From contig JAZRDB010000013.1 of the NCBI GenBank assembly GCA_045660045.1, positions 612 through 64,611 of the forward strand: a stretch of 64,000 bases of DNA. Reading direction: 5' to 3'. The position numbers and the translations under genes are program-made. Numbering within the stretch: position 1 is the first letter of the stretch; each line of letters opens with the position of its first letter. This document shows positions 1 to 11,208 of this stretch, in pieces. This DNA is from Alphaproteobacteria bacterium. GTDB taxonomy: Bacteria > Pseudomonadota > Alphaproteobacteria > CAAHEQ01 > UBA3637. The notes below the pieces were generated by a model. The model was not told where the DNA came from. It did no database searches and was given only the letters and a program-made list of their open reading frames with translations.

Positions 1-644
1 CACGACATACTCACACACTCTTCACTCGCATCACATTACCCATCATACAAAATCAAGAAGTCATTGGTCTGCTTTCAGACATACTACTCCTTAAATGGAT
101 TTCAAATCAGTTGTTGTCAGTTGATGTGGTGCTAAAATGCTGTCGCATTTCATCACACAGACAACACTGGCGTGCTGTCTGTTGTTCTTTTGTTTTACTT
201 TGTTCTTATTTGTTATGATTTAACTTGTTTTGGATACAAGTTGCCTTTTTACCTATAACAGGTAAAAAGTTTAAGTTGCTTCTTATTTGAATATAACCGA
301 TTGCTCGGTGTGTTCGTGCCGTGCCGATTACGAACTTCATTCCACTTATTCACGGGGCATTTGATACAAACTATAAGAATGATTTTGTATCAAACCGATG
401 TTGTCAAGGCGAGACATTGCATCTTCTTTCTATTCTGGCAGCACCAGAACGTGTCCTATATTTACTCCGCCGACTGGACTTCCAACGGGGACATCCTATT
501 CTTTGCGATACCCGCTCCAACGGACAGGAGTTTCAGCAGAGCAACCATCCACATGATTGGGCACTGGTTCTTTGACAAGGCATCGCCTTGGTTGGTAATG
601 TTTTCAAATGTATTTATGTGAGATTGAGTAAAAAATGTAATCTT

Positions 645-1076
645 TTAATTTTTTGTGCCAGATTTTTTTGTCATCATATCGAACCAATACCATCCCTGCT
701 GTTCTCGTTCTTCCTTATCTTCGGTTGGAAATAATGGCGCAAACCTATCTAATAACTTCTTCAACTTTGGGCGAAGTTCTACCATAATGTTGTCATCAAC
801 ATATCGGTAAGCATCAGCAGCGTTGGCATCTAAATAGTTGGGATTGGCATTTAATGAGAGCAGATACTCCACAATCTTTGTATCACTCGCAAATTGGCAC
901 GCAAGTTGTAAGATGCTGGCAAGGTTCATTGTGATTGGTTGGTTGATATCGTCTATCAAAGCAAGGATGTCATCCACCTGCGCTTTGTCATTCATTGCTA
1001 CACCAATTGTATTGTAGCGAAAGTTAAAGCATAAGTTGTTGGTTTTATCATTGCCTAATATCTTTATCAAATACAT
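645..1076 (-). CDS. Ankyrin-repeat-like protein (143 aa)
   Basis: Translation contains ankyrin-like motifs (…LQLACQFASDTKIVEYLLSLNANPNYLDANAAD…). It sits directly downstream of the serine recombinase. The call rests on motif resemblance only. Confidence 0.4.
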   Translation of the reverse strand: MYLIKILGNDKTNNLCFNFRYNTIGVAMNDKAQVDDILALIDDINQPITMNLASILQLACQFASDTKIVEYLLSLNANPNYLDANAADAYRYVDDNIMVELRPKLKKLLDRFAPLFPTEDKEEREQQGWYWFDMMTKKSGTKN

Positions 1077-1133
1077 TGTTTTTGCCTCTATTGGTATTTA
1101 TCAACAATGATTTACGAGTGGAATGATAACAAG

Positions 1134-1694
1134 TTACACAGCAACTTTTAGGTAGCGGTAGAGTGTTGGTTTACTGATGTGATACTTATTCATCAACTCA
1201 CGCTCGGTCAAGTTTGCTTTCCTATCTGCTTGGATATCGGCAATGATTAGGTCATTCAATTTCTTTGGATGTGCTTTTTTGTATTTTCCTTTACGCTTTG
1301 CTATTTCAATACCTTCACGCTGACGAGACAAAATTAAACTGCGCTCAAATTCGGCAAATGAACCAAAAAGGTTCGTCATCAAGCGTTGGGTCGGGTCATT
1401 GGTAGATGGTTTAAAAGTCATATTTTCTTTTTTGAAATGTATTGTTGCGCCAACGCTTTGTATCGTTTCCACAATTTCCAACAAATCTTTTAAGTTTCTT
1501 CCCAATCTATCCATTGAGTGCACTTCAACGATATCATCCTTGCGCAACGCTTTTAACAGGTTGTTCAATTCTGGGCGGTCTTTGTTTTTACCAGAGATTT
1601 GTTCCATATATACTCGGTCATAGTTAGCGGCATCCACAAGTTGCCTATCGAGTTGTTGGGTTGTTGAAGATGTCCTTGCATATAAAAACTTCAT
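1134..1694 (-). mobile_element. Serine recombinase, resolvase/invertase family (186 aa)
   Basis: N-terminal catalytic domain of the serine-recombinase type (MKFLYARTSSTTQQLDRQL…) and a C-terminal HTH (…KPTLYRYLK). The size is typical of Hin/Gin/Tn3-resolvase proteins. Confidence 0.8.
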
Positions 1695-2030
1695 TATTTT
1701 TCCTTTCAGTTAGTATCAAATCGTCTATATTATATGATACTTTGAAAGCATTGTCAACAAAAAAGTTTCAAAATGCTTGATTTTTCGGGCATTCTGTTTC
1801 TTTTGCTTTTAGTATCATAGAAGCACACTTCTTGATACTTGTAATAAAAGTGTTGCAAAATGCTTGACTTTGCTTAAAGAAATTGACATAGTAAAAAAAG
1901 AGCAACAATGGTATGTCAGTGTTATATTAAAAAAATAGGTAAAAAATAATGCTTACAAATCAGTTTGTTATATCATTATTGGAATTGAGGTAAAACCCCT
2001 TCCGCCATAAATACCTATTCTAAAATCCAT

Positions 2031-2059
2031 TTGATTTTTAACATAAAATCGTGTATAAT
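2031..2059 (+). promoter_or_regulatory. Sigma70-type promoter for uvrA (TTGATT-17-TATAAT)
   Basis: -35 TTGATT at 2031-2036, a 17-nt spacer and -10 TATAAT at 2054-2059. An AAGGAGGG RBS lies at 2071-2078 ahead of the ATG at 2082. Confidence 0.6.
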
Positions 2060-2081
2060 TTTTGCCCAATAAGGAGGGCAA

Positions 2082-4865
2082 ATGGACTATATCAAAATTC
2101 GTGGCGCACGTCAGCACAACCTGAAAAACATCAATGTAGATATTCCCAAGAATCAGTTGGTGGTGATTACAGGCGTATCTGGTTCGGGCAAGTCTAGTTT
2201 GGCCTTTGATACGATTTATGCGGAAGGGCAACGGCGTTATGTTGAAAGTTTGTCCGCCTATGCACGTCAGTTTTTAGATGTGATGGGTAAGCCTGATGTA
2301 GACCTTATCGAGGGGCTTTCGCCTGCCATCTCTATTGAACAAAAAACAACGAGTCATAATCCGCGTTCCACCGTTGGCACTGTGACGGAAATTTATGACT
2401 ATATGCGCCTTTTATGGGCCAGAGCGGGAACACCTTATTCGCCCGTCACGGGATTGCCGATTAAAGCCTTGACGGTCAGCCAAATGACGGATGGTATTTT
2501 AACCGAACCAGAGGGGACAAAATTGATTTTGATGGCGCCGGTGGTGCGTGATCGTAAAGGTGAATACAAAAAGGAAATTACCGCTTGGCAAAAGGCAGGA
2601 TTTACACGATTAAAGGTGGATGGCGAATTTTATGAAATTGAAGAAGCGCCTGAATTAGATAAAAATCAAAAACACACCATTTCCGTTGTAGTGGATCGTG
2701 TGATTGTGAAAAAAGAAGCCGAAGGGCGAATTGCAGGATCCGTTGAAAAATGTCTTTCATTGGCGGATGGTTTGTTGGAAGTGGAAAACATTGCCACCCA
2801 CGAATCGAAAGTTTATTCCAGCAAGTTTGCTTGCCCCGTATCTGGTTTTACGATTGCTGAATTGGAACCCAGATTATTTTCGTTTAACAACCCCGAGGGT
2901 GCTTGCCCCGTTTGTGCGGGCTTGGGTACTAAACAAGGTGTAGATGAAAGTTTGGTGATTCAACATCCAGAACTATCTATCAAACAGGGAGCTATTGCGC
3001 CTTGGACCAGTTCGTCGGGTGACATGTATCAATGGTATGAATATGCATTGCGTCCGCTCATCCGGTCTCTGGATTTGGATATTGAAAAACCATGGTGTAA
3101 ATTGCCCAAAGAAACGCAAGAAGCCGTGTTGCATGGATACCATACAAAAGGGTGTCATTTTGAAGGTGTGATTCCAAATATGGAGCGACGTTATTTGGAA
3201 ACAGAATCCGATTGGGCGCGTGAAGAAATGAGCAAATATATGCTCAAAACCCCTTGCGAAGCATGTGGCGGTACACGCTTAAAACCAGAAGCGTTGGCTG
3301 TTAAAATTGCAGGCAAAAACATTGCCGAAGTGACAGAACTGTCCATTGCAGATTCTTTCGAATGGTTCCAAAAAGTGCCATCCAAATTAGACCATGAAAA
3401 ACAAGAAATTGCTGAACGTATTTTGAAAGAAATTATTGAACGGTTGCGCTTTTTGAATAACGTTGGTTTGGGCTATTTGCCCTTAAATCGTATTAGCGGG
3501 ACATTGTCAGGTGGCGAAGCACAACGCATTCGGTTGGCCAGCCAAATTGGCTCTGGACTCACGGGCGTTTTATATGTATTAGATGAACCATCCATTGGAC
3601 TGCATCAACGCGATAATCATAAGTTATTGGAAACATTGTTCCATTTGCGTGATTTAGGCAACTCGGTGATAGTGGTAGAGCATGATCAAGAAACGATGGA
3701 AGCCGCCGATTATATTTTTGATATTGGGCCAAAGGCGGGTCGGTTGGGCGGTCATTTGGTGGCCGAAGGAACACCAAAAGAGGTTGCGGCCAATCCCAAA
3801 TCTGTCACGGGACAATATCTATCCGGTGCAAAAGAAATTAAAGTGCCATCCAAGCGTCGTGCAGGAAATGGCAAATTTTTAACTATTGAAGGTGCGAAGT
3901 GTCACAACCTGAAAAATGTGACGGTGGATATTCCTCTTGGGACATTTACTTGTGTGACGGGTGTATCTGGTGGTGGTAAATCCAGTTTGATTATTGAAAC
4001 TTTATACAAAGGTTTAAGCAATATCATTGGCAAAACGAAACAACTGGCGGGACCTTATAAAACAATGCGGGGGACAGCGGCGATTGACAAGATTATTGAT
4101 ATTGACCAAAGCCCGATCGGACGAACACCACGTTCCAACCCTGCCACGTATACAGGCATGTTTTCGCCTATTCGCGATTGGTATGCGGCTTTGCCAGAAG
4201 CCAAGGCGCGAGGCTACAAAGCTGGTCGTTTTTCATTCAATGTGGCAGGTGGTCGTTGTGAAGCATGTGAAGGTGATGGCGTGAAGCAAATTTCCATGAA
4301 CTTTTTGCCAGATGTGTATGTTACCTGCGATGTATGCCACGGAACGCGATATAATCGTGAGACATTGGAGATTAAGTATAAAGATAAATCAATAGCAGAC
4401 GTTTTGAATATGACGGTGGATGAAGCATTTGAGTTCTTTGGGCACGTACCATCCATCCGTGATAAATGTGAACTGTTGCGCAAGGTGGGACTCGGCTATA
4501 TCACTTTAGGTCAATCGGCTGTGACATTGTCTGGTGGTGAGGCACAACGCATTAAATTGGCTAAAGAACTTTCGCGCAAATCCACGGGAAAGACCCTATA
4601 TATTTTGGATGAGCCGACAACTGGTTTGCATTTTGCTGACATTCAAAAACTATTGGAAGTGTTGCAAGCCCTTGTGGACGCAGGCAACACCGTTGTCGTT
4701 ATTGAACATAACTTGGACATCATTAAATCGGCGGATTATATCATCGATATGGGACCAGAGGGGGGGCATGCTGGTGGTCGTGTTGTTGCCACAGGTACGC
4801 CCGAACAAGTTGCCAAAATCAAGGAAAGTTATACTGGCCAATACTTAAAAAAGATCTTGAAATAA
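2082..4865 (+). CDS. uvrA: Excinuclease ABC subunit A
   Basis: 927 aa with two ABC ATPase modules ([12 protein letters not shown]… and [11 protein letters not shown]…), zinc-finger Cys clusters and LSGGEAQRI signature motifs. Confidence 0.95.
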   Translation: MDYIKIRGARQHNLKNINVDIPKNQLVVITGVSGSGKSSLAFDTIYAEGQRRYVESLSAYARQFLDVMGKPDVDLIEGLSPAISIEQKTTSHNPRSTVGTVTEIYDYMRLLWARAGTPYSPVTGLPIKALTVSQMTDGILTEPEGTKLILMAPVVRDRKGEYKKEITAWQKAGFTRLKVDGEFYEIEEAPELDKNQKHTISVVVDRVIVKKEAEGRIAGSVEKCLSLADGLLEVENIATHESKVYSSKFACPVSGFTIAELEPRLFSFNNPEGACPVCAGLGTKQGVDESLVIQHPELSIKQGAIAPWTSSSGDMYQWYEYALRPLIRSLDLDIEKPWCKLPKETQEAVLHGYHTKGCHFEGVIPNMERRYLETESDWAREEMSKYMLKTPCEACGGTRLKPEALAVKIAGKNIAEVTELSIADSFEWFQKVPSKLDHEKQEIAERILKEIIERLRFLNNVGLGYLPLNRISGTLSGGEAQRIRLASQIGSGLTGVLYVLDEPSIGLHQRDNHKLLETLFHLRDLGNSVIVVEHDQETMEAADYIFDIGPKAGRLGGHLVAEGTPKEVAANPKSVTGQYLSGAKEIKVPSKRRAGNGKFLTIEGAKCHNLKNVTVDIPLGTFTCVTGVSGGGKSSLIIETLYKGLSNIIGKTKQLAGPYKTMRGTAAIDKIIDIDQSPIGRTPRSNPATYTGMFSPIRDWYAALPEAKARGYKAGRFSFNVAGGRCEACEGDGVKQISMNFLPDVYVTCDVCHGTRYNRETLEIKYKDKSIADVLNMTVDEAFEFFGHVPSIRDKCELLRKVGLGYITLGQSAVTLSGGEAQRIKLAKELSRKSTGKTLYILDEPTTGLHFADIQKLLEVLQALVDAGNTVVVIEHNLDIIKSADYIIDMGPEGGHAGGRVVATGTPEQVAKIKESYTGQYLKKILK

Positions 4866-5657
4866 TTATTCGTTATAGGGCGGAAAATTCCATCCCTTTG
4901 GGGACAAAGTAAATATTTCAAAACCATCTTCCGTCACGCCCAACATATGTTCAAACTGGGCTGACAGTTGTTTGTCTTTTGTGACAACCGTCCAATCATC
5001 ATTTAAAGTCACGGTCTCAAAAGTCCCTACATTGACCATGGGTTCGACGGTAAACACCATGCCAGGAACAATTTTGACTCCGCTGCCTTTGTGGCCAAAA
5101 TTCAAGATGTTTGGTGCACCGTGGAACACTTTGCCGCATCCATGGCCGCAATAATCACGCACAACAGAAAAACCCTCTTTCTCGGCTGTTTTTTCCATGG
5201 CATAACCCAAATCACCTGTGGTCGCTCCTGGTTTCACTGCATTGATACCCGCCATCATCGTATCATAAGCATTCATAACAAGGCGTTTTGCCTTCACCGA
5301 CGGATGCCCCACAAAATACATACGCGAAGTATCACCATAGTATCCATCCAAAATCACCGTCACGTCTATGTTGATAATGTCGCCATTTTGCAGGTGTTTG
5401 TCGGGACTTGGAATCCCATGACAAATTACATGATTCGGGGAAATGCAAGTTGCTTTCGGATAGCCATGATAACCCAAACAAGCGGACACGCCACCTTTAC
5501 TTTTAATGAATTCGTTCATCAAATCGTCCAGATATTCCGTGCTGACGCCGACTTTGACAAAAGGCACGATATAATCCAACGTTTCTGCCGCCAAGCGACC
5601 CGCCGCACGTAGTCCTTTAAAATCCTCAGGAGTATGTATAATAATCTCTTCTCTCAT
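4866..5657 (-). CDS. map: Methionine aminopeptidase type I
   Basis: 263 aa with the MetAP-I fold and metal-binding motifs (…DVTVILDGYYGD…, …HGIGK-like HGCGKVFHGAP…). Confidence 0.9.
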   Translation of the reverse strand: MREEIIIHTPEDFKGLRAAGRLAAETLDYIVPFVKVGVSTEYLDDLMNEFIKSKGGVSACLGYHGYPKATCISPNHVICHGIPSPDKHLQNGDIINIDVTVILDGYYGDTSRMYFVGHPSVKAKRLVMNAYDTMMAGINAVKPGATTGDLGYAMEKTAEKEGFSVVRDYCGHGCGKVFHGAPNILNFGHKGSGVKIVPGMVFTVEPMVNVGTFETVTLNDDWTVVTKDKQLSAQFEHMLGVTEDGFEIFTLSPKGWNFPPYNE

Positions 5658-5699
5658 AGACCTTATTATAACACCTTTTTGAATAAAATGAAAGTGTTT

Positions 5700-6575
5700 T
5701 TACAGGGCGTATTTTGCGGCGCCGTCATGAATCGCCTTAGAAACTTTTTGATACGCTTTTGTTTCAATTTGACGCACGCGCTCACGACTGATATGGAACT
5801 CAACCCCTAAATTCTCCAAAGTTTCTGGATTATCTGTCAAAAAACGTTTTTGCACAATCAAGCGTTCACGATCGGATAATGTCGTCAATGCTTCTTTTAA
5901 CAATTTCTTTTTTAAGGCCATTTCTTGTGATTCACCCAATGTATCTTCAATGGTTTCATCACTGTCGGTTAGCATATCTTGATAATTCGTGGTGGAATCA
6001 TGTGATAAGGTGGCATTTAAAGACGAATCGCCAGACAAACGTTGTTCCATTTCCACAACGTCGCGTTTAGAAACACCCAATTCTTCGGCAATTTGTTCTG
6101 CTTTTTCATCATCCAAAGATGCTTCGCCATAAAGCCCCAAGCGAGATTTAATCTTGTGAAGATTATAAAACAAGCGCTTTTGTGTCGCTACTGTGCCAAT
6201 TTTTACCAAGGACCAAGATTTTAAAATGAATTCGGACACGGCCGCTTTAATCCACCAAATGGCATAGGTTGCCAAACGAAACCCTTTATCTGGATCAAAC
6301 TTTTTGATCGCTTGCATCAAGCCGATATTGGCCTCGGAAATCAAATCGGACAAAGCCAAACCATAGTGCCGAAACGAAATCGCCACTTTGGCGGCCAAGC
6401 GCAAATGTGAAGTTGTCAATTCGTGCGCCGCTTCAATATCGCCTGTTTCACGATAACGTTTGGCCAACATATATTCTTTGTCAGCGTCCAACATCGGAAA
6501 CTTGTTAATTTCAGCTAAATATCTGGGAAGCGAGGCATTTGATGCCAATAAAGATAAAGCGTAAGTGTTCGTCAT
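5700..6575 (-). CDS. rpoH: RNA polymerase sigma-32 heat-shock factor
   Basis: Sigma-70 family regions 2-4 and an RpoH-box-like segment. The start is trimmed to the ATG at 6575 (MTNTYALS…), preceded by an AGGAAAGG RBS; the ORF track extends 19 aa further upstream. Confidence 0.9.
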   Translation of the reverse strand: MTNTYALSLLASNASLPRYLAEINKFPMLDADKEYMLAKRYRETGDIEAAHELTTSHLRLAAKVAISFRHYGLALSDLISEANIGLMQAIKKFDPDKGFRLATYAIWWIKAAVSEFILKSWSLVKIGTVATQKRLFYNLHKIKSRLGLYGEASLDDEKAEQIAEELGVSKRDVVEMEQRLSGDSSLNATLSHDSTTNYQDMLTDSDETIEDTLGESQEMALKKKLLKEALTTLSDRERLIVQKRFLTDNPETLENLGVEFHISRERVRQIETKAYQKVSKAIHDGAAKYAL

Positions 6576-6708
6576 TTTATATCCTTTCCTTGAAGCAATA
6601 TAAAGTTTTGTTCCTCCTCTTTGAGGCCGAAACAAGCCCGTCTTTCGAACTAAGCCCCTTTATTGTATCAAAAGGGATGGGCAAAGTCAAGCATATTTTC
6701 GTATTTTT

Positions 6709-7170
6709 TTAATCCCTATGGTACGGATGACCATCCAAGATGGTTTGGGCGCGGTAAATTTGTTCAGACAACACAACGCGCATTAAAAAATGTGGTAATG
6801 TCATACGACCAAATGAAAGGGTTAAATCTGCCGATTCTTTAACGGATTTGCCGTGTCCGTCGGCACCCCCAATTAAAAAAGCCACAGTATCAGATCCATT
6901 GTTTTGCCAAGTCCTTAATTTATTGGCAAACTCGCGGGAAGAAAGGGTATCACCACGTTCATCCAACACAACGACTTTTGCTTTTTCAGGGATTCCAGAT
7001 AATAATAAATCTGCTTCCGCGTTCTTCAATGCTTCGCCGGAAAGTGCTTTCTTTTCTTCATATTCTTTTATCTCAACGGACCATTTTGTGCGCTTTAAAT
7101 ACTTACTCATCAATTCATATTCGGGAGAGTTCTTTTTTAATTTTCCAATGGCGGCCAAAATGATATGCAT
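6709..7170 (-). CDS. rlmH: 23S rRNA (pseudouridine1915-N3)-methyltransferase RlmH
   Basis: 153 aa SPOUT methyltransferase with the C-terminal …HPYHRD ending typical of RlmH. Confidence 0.85.
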   Translation of the reverse strand: MHIILAAIGKLKKNSPEYELMSKYLKRTKWSVEIKEYEEKKALSGEALKNAEADLLLSGIPEKAKVVVLDERGDTLSSREFANKLRTWQNNGSDTVAFLIGGADGHGKSVKESADLTLSFGRMTLPHFLMRVVLSEQIYRAQTILDGHPYHRD

Positions 7171-7587
7171 CTATTTTTCCTTTTTCACATATTTACCAGG
7201 CAACAGGTCGGCAATTTTGACCAATTCCCATCCTTTTTTATTATCGGCAGGTATGATTACTTTAGCTTTAGGACCATAGTCGGAAATATATTCACGACAT
7301 TTGCCACATGGGCTGATGGGATAGGGTGGAACATCACGCAAGGCAACGATGGTATCGATTTCAAAATCTTTTTCGGCAGTATTTCCCATGCCAATAGCGA
7401 TAATTTCGGCACATGTTGCAATGGATGGTTGATATGTTCCTGCATTGATGGAAGTATAGACTTTGCCAGATTTGGATAAAACGCATGCTGCCACAACTGT
7501 GTGGTGCTCATGAAAATCAGGGTTATACCGTTTTTTGATTAAATCCCCCGCTTTTTTAATCAACTCTTCCGGTTTCATTTTTGTCAT
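7171..7587 (-). CDS. cdd: Cytidine deaminase
   Basis: 138 aa with the zinc-binding signatures CAEIIAI and SPCGKCRE and a C-terminal …LLPGKY, which aligns convincingly with homotetrameric Cdd. Confidence 0.75.
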   Translation of the reverse strand: MTKMKPEELIKKAGDLIKKRYNPDFHEHHTVVAACVLSKSGKVYTSINAGTYQPSIATCAEIIAIGMGNTAEKDFEIDTIVALRDVPPYPISPCGKCREYISDYGPKAKVIIPADNKKGWELVKIADLLPGKYVKKEK

Positions 7588-8225
7588 TCTTCAATGTCTC
7601 CTATTTCAACAATATTTTCAATCATATTGTCCAATGATTCACGGTCTTTTTTGTTGTATTCTACGACTGCTTCCACGGCCTTTTTCTGAACGTGTTTTTT
7701 GATTTTTTCTTTTTTTGTTGTTTGATAAGCAGACAAGTCGGCCTTTATGTTGTCTGGGAATACGCTTTGGACGTATCCTGCAATTTGTTGAACATATTCA
7801 ATACTGCGATTTTTTTCTTTCATTTCGGCAATATATTTGGGTGACAACATCATTGTAGCAGCGAAGATATAAATTAATGCGACAATTAAAAGGGCGCGGG
7901 CTACACCAAAGGCAAGGCCAAAAATGCGGTCCAATCCACTCAATGAACTTTTTCGTAAACGTTTTGTGATGGCGGCGTTGATAATAGTCATAACAACTAA
8001 AACCAATAAAGCCAATAAAACTGATCCAACGATGGCAGCCAATTTCACGTTTTCAAATGTACCTTCACATGCTTTCAAAAGAGGATCATAACTGTAAAGT
8101 GCTGCAAAGCCAGCTAACAACCACGATGAAATACCCAATAATTCACGCACCAAGCCACGATACAAAGCAAATAAAACGGATACAACAATTATACCTAAGA
8201 TAATTAAATCAATTATACCTAACAT
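7584..8225 (-). CDS. cvpA: CvpA family membrane protein
   Basis: 213 aa; the N-terminus MLGIIDLIILGIIVVSVLFALYRG… and the multi-TM layout are typical of CvpA. Confidence 0.8.
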   Translation of the reverse strand: MLGIIDLIILGIIVVSVLFALYRGLVRELLGISSWLLAGFAALYSYDPLLKACEGTFENVKLAAIVGSVLLALLVLVVMTIINAAITKRLRKSSLSGLDRIFGLAFGVARALLIVALIYIFAATMMLSPKYIAEMKEKNRSIEYVQQIAGYVQSVFPDNIKADLSAYQTTKKEKIKKHVQKKAVEAVVEYNKKDRESLDNMIENIVEIGDIEE

Positions 8226-9607
8226 GTTTTCTTTCCTTTCTCAAAAAAGTCTAACACAGTTTTTAAATTGCCAATTTCCGTGGCTTTAAAATCAGATTTT
8301 CTGTTTTTATTTGGAGGAACAAGAGCCTTGGTAAAGCCCAATTTTTTTGCCTCTTTTAAACGCAAATCGCTGGCTGGTACGTTTCGAATTTCACCCGACA
8401 AACCAATCTCACCAAAGAACACCATATCTGATGGCAGCGGATGATCAAACGCATTGGACAAAACGGCCATAATAGCAGCTAAATCCACTGCAGGTTCCGT
8501 CAATTTTAAGCCGCCGGCAACGTTTAAAAAGATATCTTTGGTGGCCAATGAAATGCCGCACCTTGTTTCCAAAACAGCCAACAACATATTCAAGCGATTT
8601 GTGTCCCATCCTACAACCGCGCGACGCGGATTTGTTCCTGTCATCGGGGCGACTAAGGCTTGAATCTCAACCAACAGCGGTCGTGACCCTTCAATGCCGG
8701 CGAACACGCAACTGCCCGACACATGGCCTTGACGATCCGCTAAAAATAGGGCGGAAGGATTTGCAACTTCTTCCAATCCTTTGTCGGTCATTTCAAAAAC
8801 CCCAATTTCATCTGTTGCGCCAAAACGGTTTTTAACAGAGCGCAAAATACGGAAATGATGACCACGATCACCTTCAAAATAAAGAACTGTATCGACCATG
8901 TGTTCCAAAACGCGAGGCCCAGCTAAAGTCCCCTCTTTTGTTACATGGCCAACAAGAAACAAAACAAATCCACGTTTTTTTGCCAAACGAATCAATTCGT
9001 GTCCGCAAGAACGCACTTGTGCCACCGTTCCTGGTGCAGATTCCACCGTGTCAGCATACATGGTTTGAATGGAATCGATGATGACAATATCGGGTGCTTC
9101 AGGCGTATCTAATGTTGCCACTATATCACGAATGTGGGTTTCGCTGGCCAACTCAACGGGATTATCGGAAAGCCCCAATCGCATGGCACGTAATCTGACT
9201 TGATCTACTGACTCTTCACCAGAAATATAACTACATCTCGTTGGCGAACCTTGTTTGTTCACGCCTTTCGTTAAACTTGCAACAGCTTGCAACAGCAATG
9301 TCGATTTACCAATACCGGGATCGCCACCGACTAAAATAACAGATCCAGGAACCAAACCACCGCCGCAAACACGATCCAATTCGCCGATACCCGTTTTTAA
9401 GCGAAATACAATTTCTGGTGCGCCGCGTAAATCGGCAAAATCAATCTTGCGCCCGTTTTGGCCGCCTGTGGCCGTTGGGCTGTCGGACGTTGGGATAGCT
9501 TCTTCTTGAATGGTGTTCCATTCGCCACAAGCATCACATTTGCCTGCCCATCTGGCATAGACAGCACCACAATTTTGGCAAACAAAATGTGTTGTTTTTT
9601 TAGGCAT
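8219..9607 (-). CDS. radA: DNA repair protein RadA
   Basis: 462 aa with an N-terminal C4 zinc finger (CQNCGAVYARWAGKCDACGEW), Walker A GDPGIGKST, a KNRFG motif and a Lon-like C-terminal domain. Confidence 0.95.
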   Translation of the reverse strand: MPKKTTHFVCQNCGAVYARWAGKCDACGEWNTIQEEAIPTSDSPTATGGQNGRKIDFADLRGAPEIVFRLKTGIGELDRVCGGGLVPGSVILVGGDPGIGKSTLLLQAVASLTKGVNKQGSPTRCSYISGEESVDQVRLRAMRLGLSDNPVELASETHIRDIVATLDTPEAPDIVIIDSIQTMYADTVESAPGTVAQVRSCGHELIRLAKKRGFVLFLVGHVTKEGTLAGPRVLEHMVDTVLYFEGDRGHHFRILRSVKNRFGATDEIGVFEMTDKGLEEVANPSALFLADRQGHVSGSCVFAGIEGSRPLLVEIQALVAPMTGTNPRRAVVGWDTNRLNMLLAVLETRCGISLATKDIFLNVAGGLKLTEPAVDLAAIMAVLSNAFDHPLPSDMVFFGEIGLSGEIRNVPASDLRLKEAKKLGFTKALVPPNKNRKSDFKATEIGNLKTVLDFFEKGKKTC

Positions 9608-10341
9608 TATTCCGCCTTAACCTCCATTTGAATAGGACCTTTGGCCGAACCAGCCACAAATTGACGCACATAAGGATTGGTTGTTTTATCCAATTCTGCC
9701 ACTGTACCAACCCAAATAATTTCCCCATCATAAAGCATGGCAATTCTGTCAGCGATTTTACGAGCAGAATTCATATCGTGTGTAATGGTTAAAGCGGTGG
9801 CGCCCAGTTTTTTTACACAATCGACAATTAAATCGTTAATGACATCCGACATAATCGGATCTAGGCCGGTTGTTGGTTCATCAAAGAAAATAATCTCTGG
9901 ATTTGTGGCAATCGCGCGTGCCAACCCCACACGTTTTTTCATGCCGCCGGACAGGTCGGCAGGGTAAGCATCGGCGACCTCTGGTTTTAAACCAACTTGA
10001 GCCAGCTTTTGAATAGCTAATTTTTTGGCAGCTGCGCGATCTGGATGTTTTTTTTGCAGCATAACAAAGGCAACATTTTCCCACACGGTTAAGCTATCAA
10101 ACAAAGCGGCCCCTTGAAATAACATACCAATGTTTTCTGTGGTCATTTTGATTTTGCCTTTATCGGGTGTTGTTAAGCCTAACAAACACTTTAATGTCAC
10201 AGATTTGCCAGTACCAGAGCCACCAATAATGACAATGGATTCGCCTTCATAAATATCTAAATTGACATCTTTCAAAACCTGTTTTTTGCCAAAGGCTTTG
10301 GCGACATGAGATAAGCTGATTTTTACTTGTTTTTCTTTCAT
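9607..10341 (-). CDS. mlaF: ABC transporter ATP-binding protein, MlaF-like
   Basis: 244 aa; Walker A GGSGTGKS, signature LSGGMKKRV and Walker B IIFFDEPT. It is paired with the MlaE-like permease. Confidence 0.8.
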   Translation of the reverse strand: MKEKQVKISLSHVAKAFGKKQVLKDVNLDIYEGESIVIIGGSGTGKSVTLKCLLGLTTPDKGKIKMTTENIGMLFQGAALFDSLTVWENVAFVMLQKKHPDRAAAKKLAIQKLAQVGLKPEVADAYPADLSGGMKKRVGLARAIATNPEIIFFDEPTTGLDPIMSDVINDLIVDCVKKLGATALTITHDMNSARKIADRIAMLYDGEIIWVGTVAELDKTTNPYVRQFVAGSAKGPIQMEVKAE

Positions 10342-10350
10342 GGGCGCCTC

Positions 10351-11139
10351 TTACATTTTAAAGAACAATTCTGTGAGCAAATAGTTGAAGATCAAAATCA
10401 AAATGCTGGAAGATACAACGGCATTTGTTGTGGCTTGCCCCACACCTTGTGCGCCACCTTTTGATTTAAATCCTTGATAACAACCCAATACGGTGATAAT
10501 AAAACCAAACACAGCAGCTTTTGTCATACCAGAAACAATATCCATCGCTTTTAATGTGTTCCACGTATTGACAAGATATGTTGTGGCGTTAAAATCCATT
10601 TTGGTTACACCGACTAAATAACCACCGCACACGCCAATAATATCGCCAATTAAAACCAATAGGGGCATCATTAAGGTGCCCGCCACAACCCTTGGAACGA
10701 TTAAGTATTGAACGGGATTTGTGTGTAAAGTAGCAAGGGCGTCAATTTGTTCTGTCACACGCATAGTTCCGATTTCCGCCGCCATAGCCGCGCCAATACG
10801 CCCGGCCACCATCAAGGCGGCCATTACGGGTGCCAATTCGCGAGTCACAGCAACCAAGACCACCATGGAGACAGCCCCTTCTGCTGAAAATTTGGAAACG
10901 GCTTCATATGTTTGAATGGCGATAACCATACCCGAAAACACTGTTGTTAAGGCAACTACGGGCAGGGAATAAAAGCCGATTTCTATACTCATGCGAATTG
11001 TTTCGCTAATATAGAATGGGGTTTTAAAAATATACATTAATATCTGAGCCGTGAATAAAATTAAATCTCCGCTTGCACGAAAAAAGCTGAGGACGAAACG
11101 ACCAAGCGTATTAACAAATGAAAAAAATTGATTTAACAC
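10351..11139 (-). CDS. mlaE: ABC transporter permease, MlaE-like
   Basis: 262 aa polytopic membrane protein of the MlaE/YrbE family, adjacent to the ATPase. Confidence 0.8.
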   Translation of the reverse strand: MLNQFFSFVNTLGRFVLSFFRASGDLILFTAQILMYIFKTPFYISETIRMSIEIGFYSLPVVALTTVFSGMVIAIQTYEAVSKFSAEGAVSMVVLVAVTRELAPVMAALMVAGRIGAAMAAEIGTMRVTEQIDALATLHTNPVQYLIVPRVVAGTLMMPLLVLIGDIIGVCGGYLVGVTKMDFNATTYLVNTWNTLKAMDIVSGMTKAAVFGFIITVLGCYQGFKSKGGAQGVGQATTNAVVSSSILILIFNYLLTELFFKM

Positions 11140-11208
11140 AAAACACTCCTTAATTCTAAAGTTATTTTAAACACAAAAAAGAATGAAATGCAAGGATAAA
11201 ATCAGTTT

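Noticed and set aside
301-621. ORFs 301..621 and 321..575 on the + strand
   Set aside because: No RBS and no recognisable motifs, and they overlap each other. They look like chance ORFs in a CA-rich non-coding flank.
1399-1627. Two + strand ORFs inside the serine recombinase gene
   Set aside because: They are antisense to a confidently assigned CDS.
5091-5612. 173-aa + strand ORF
   Set aside because: It is entirely antisense to the well-supported map gene.
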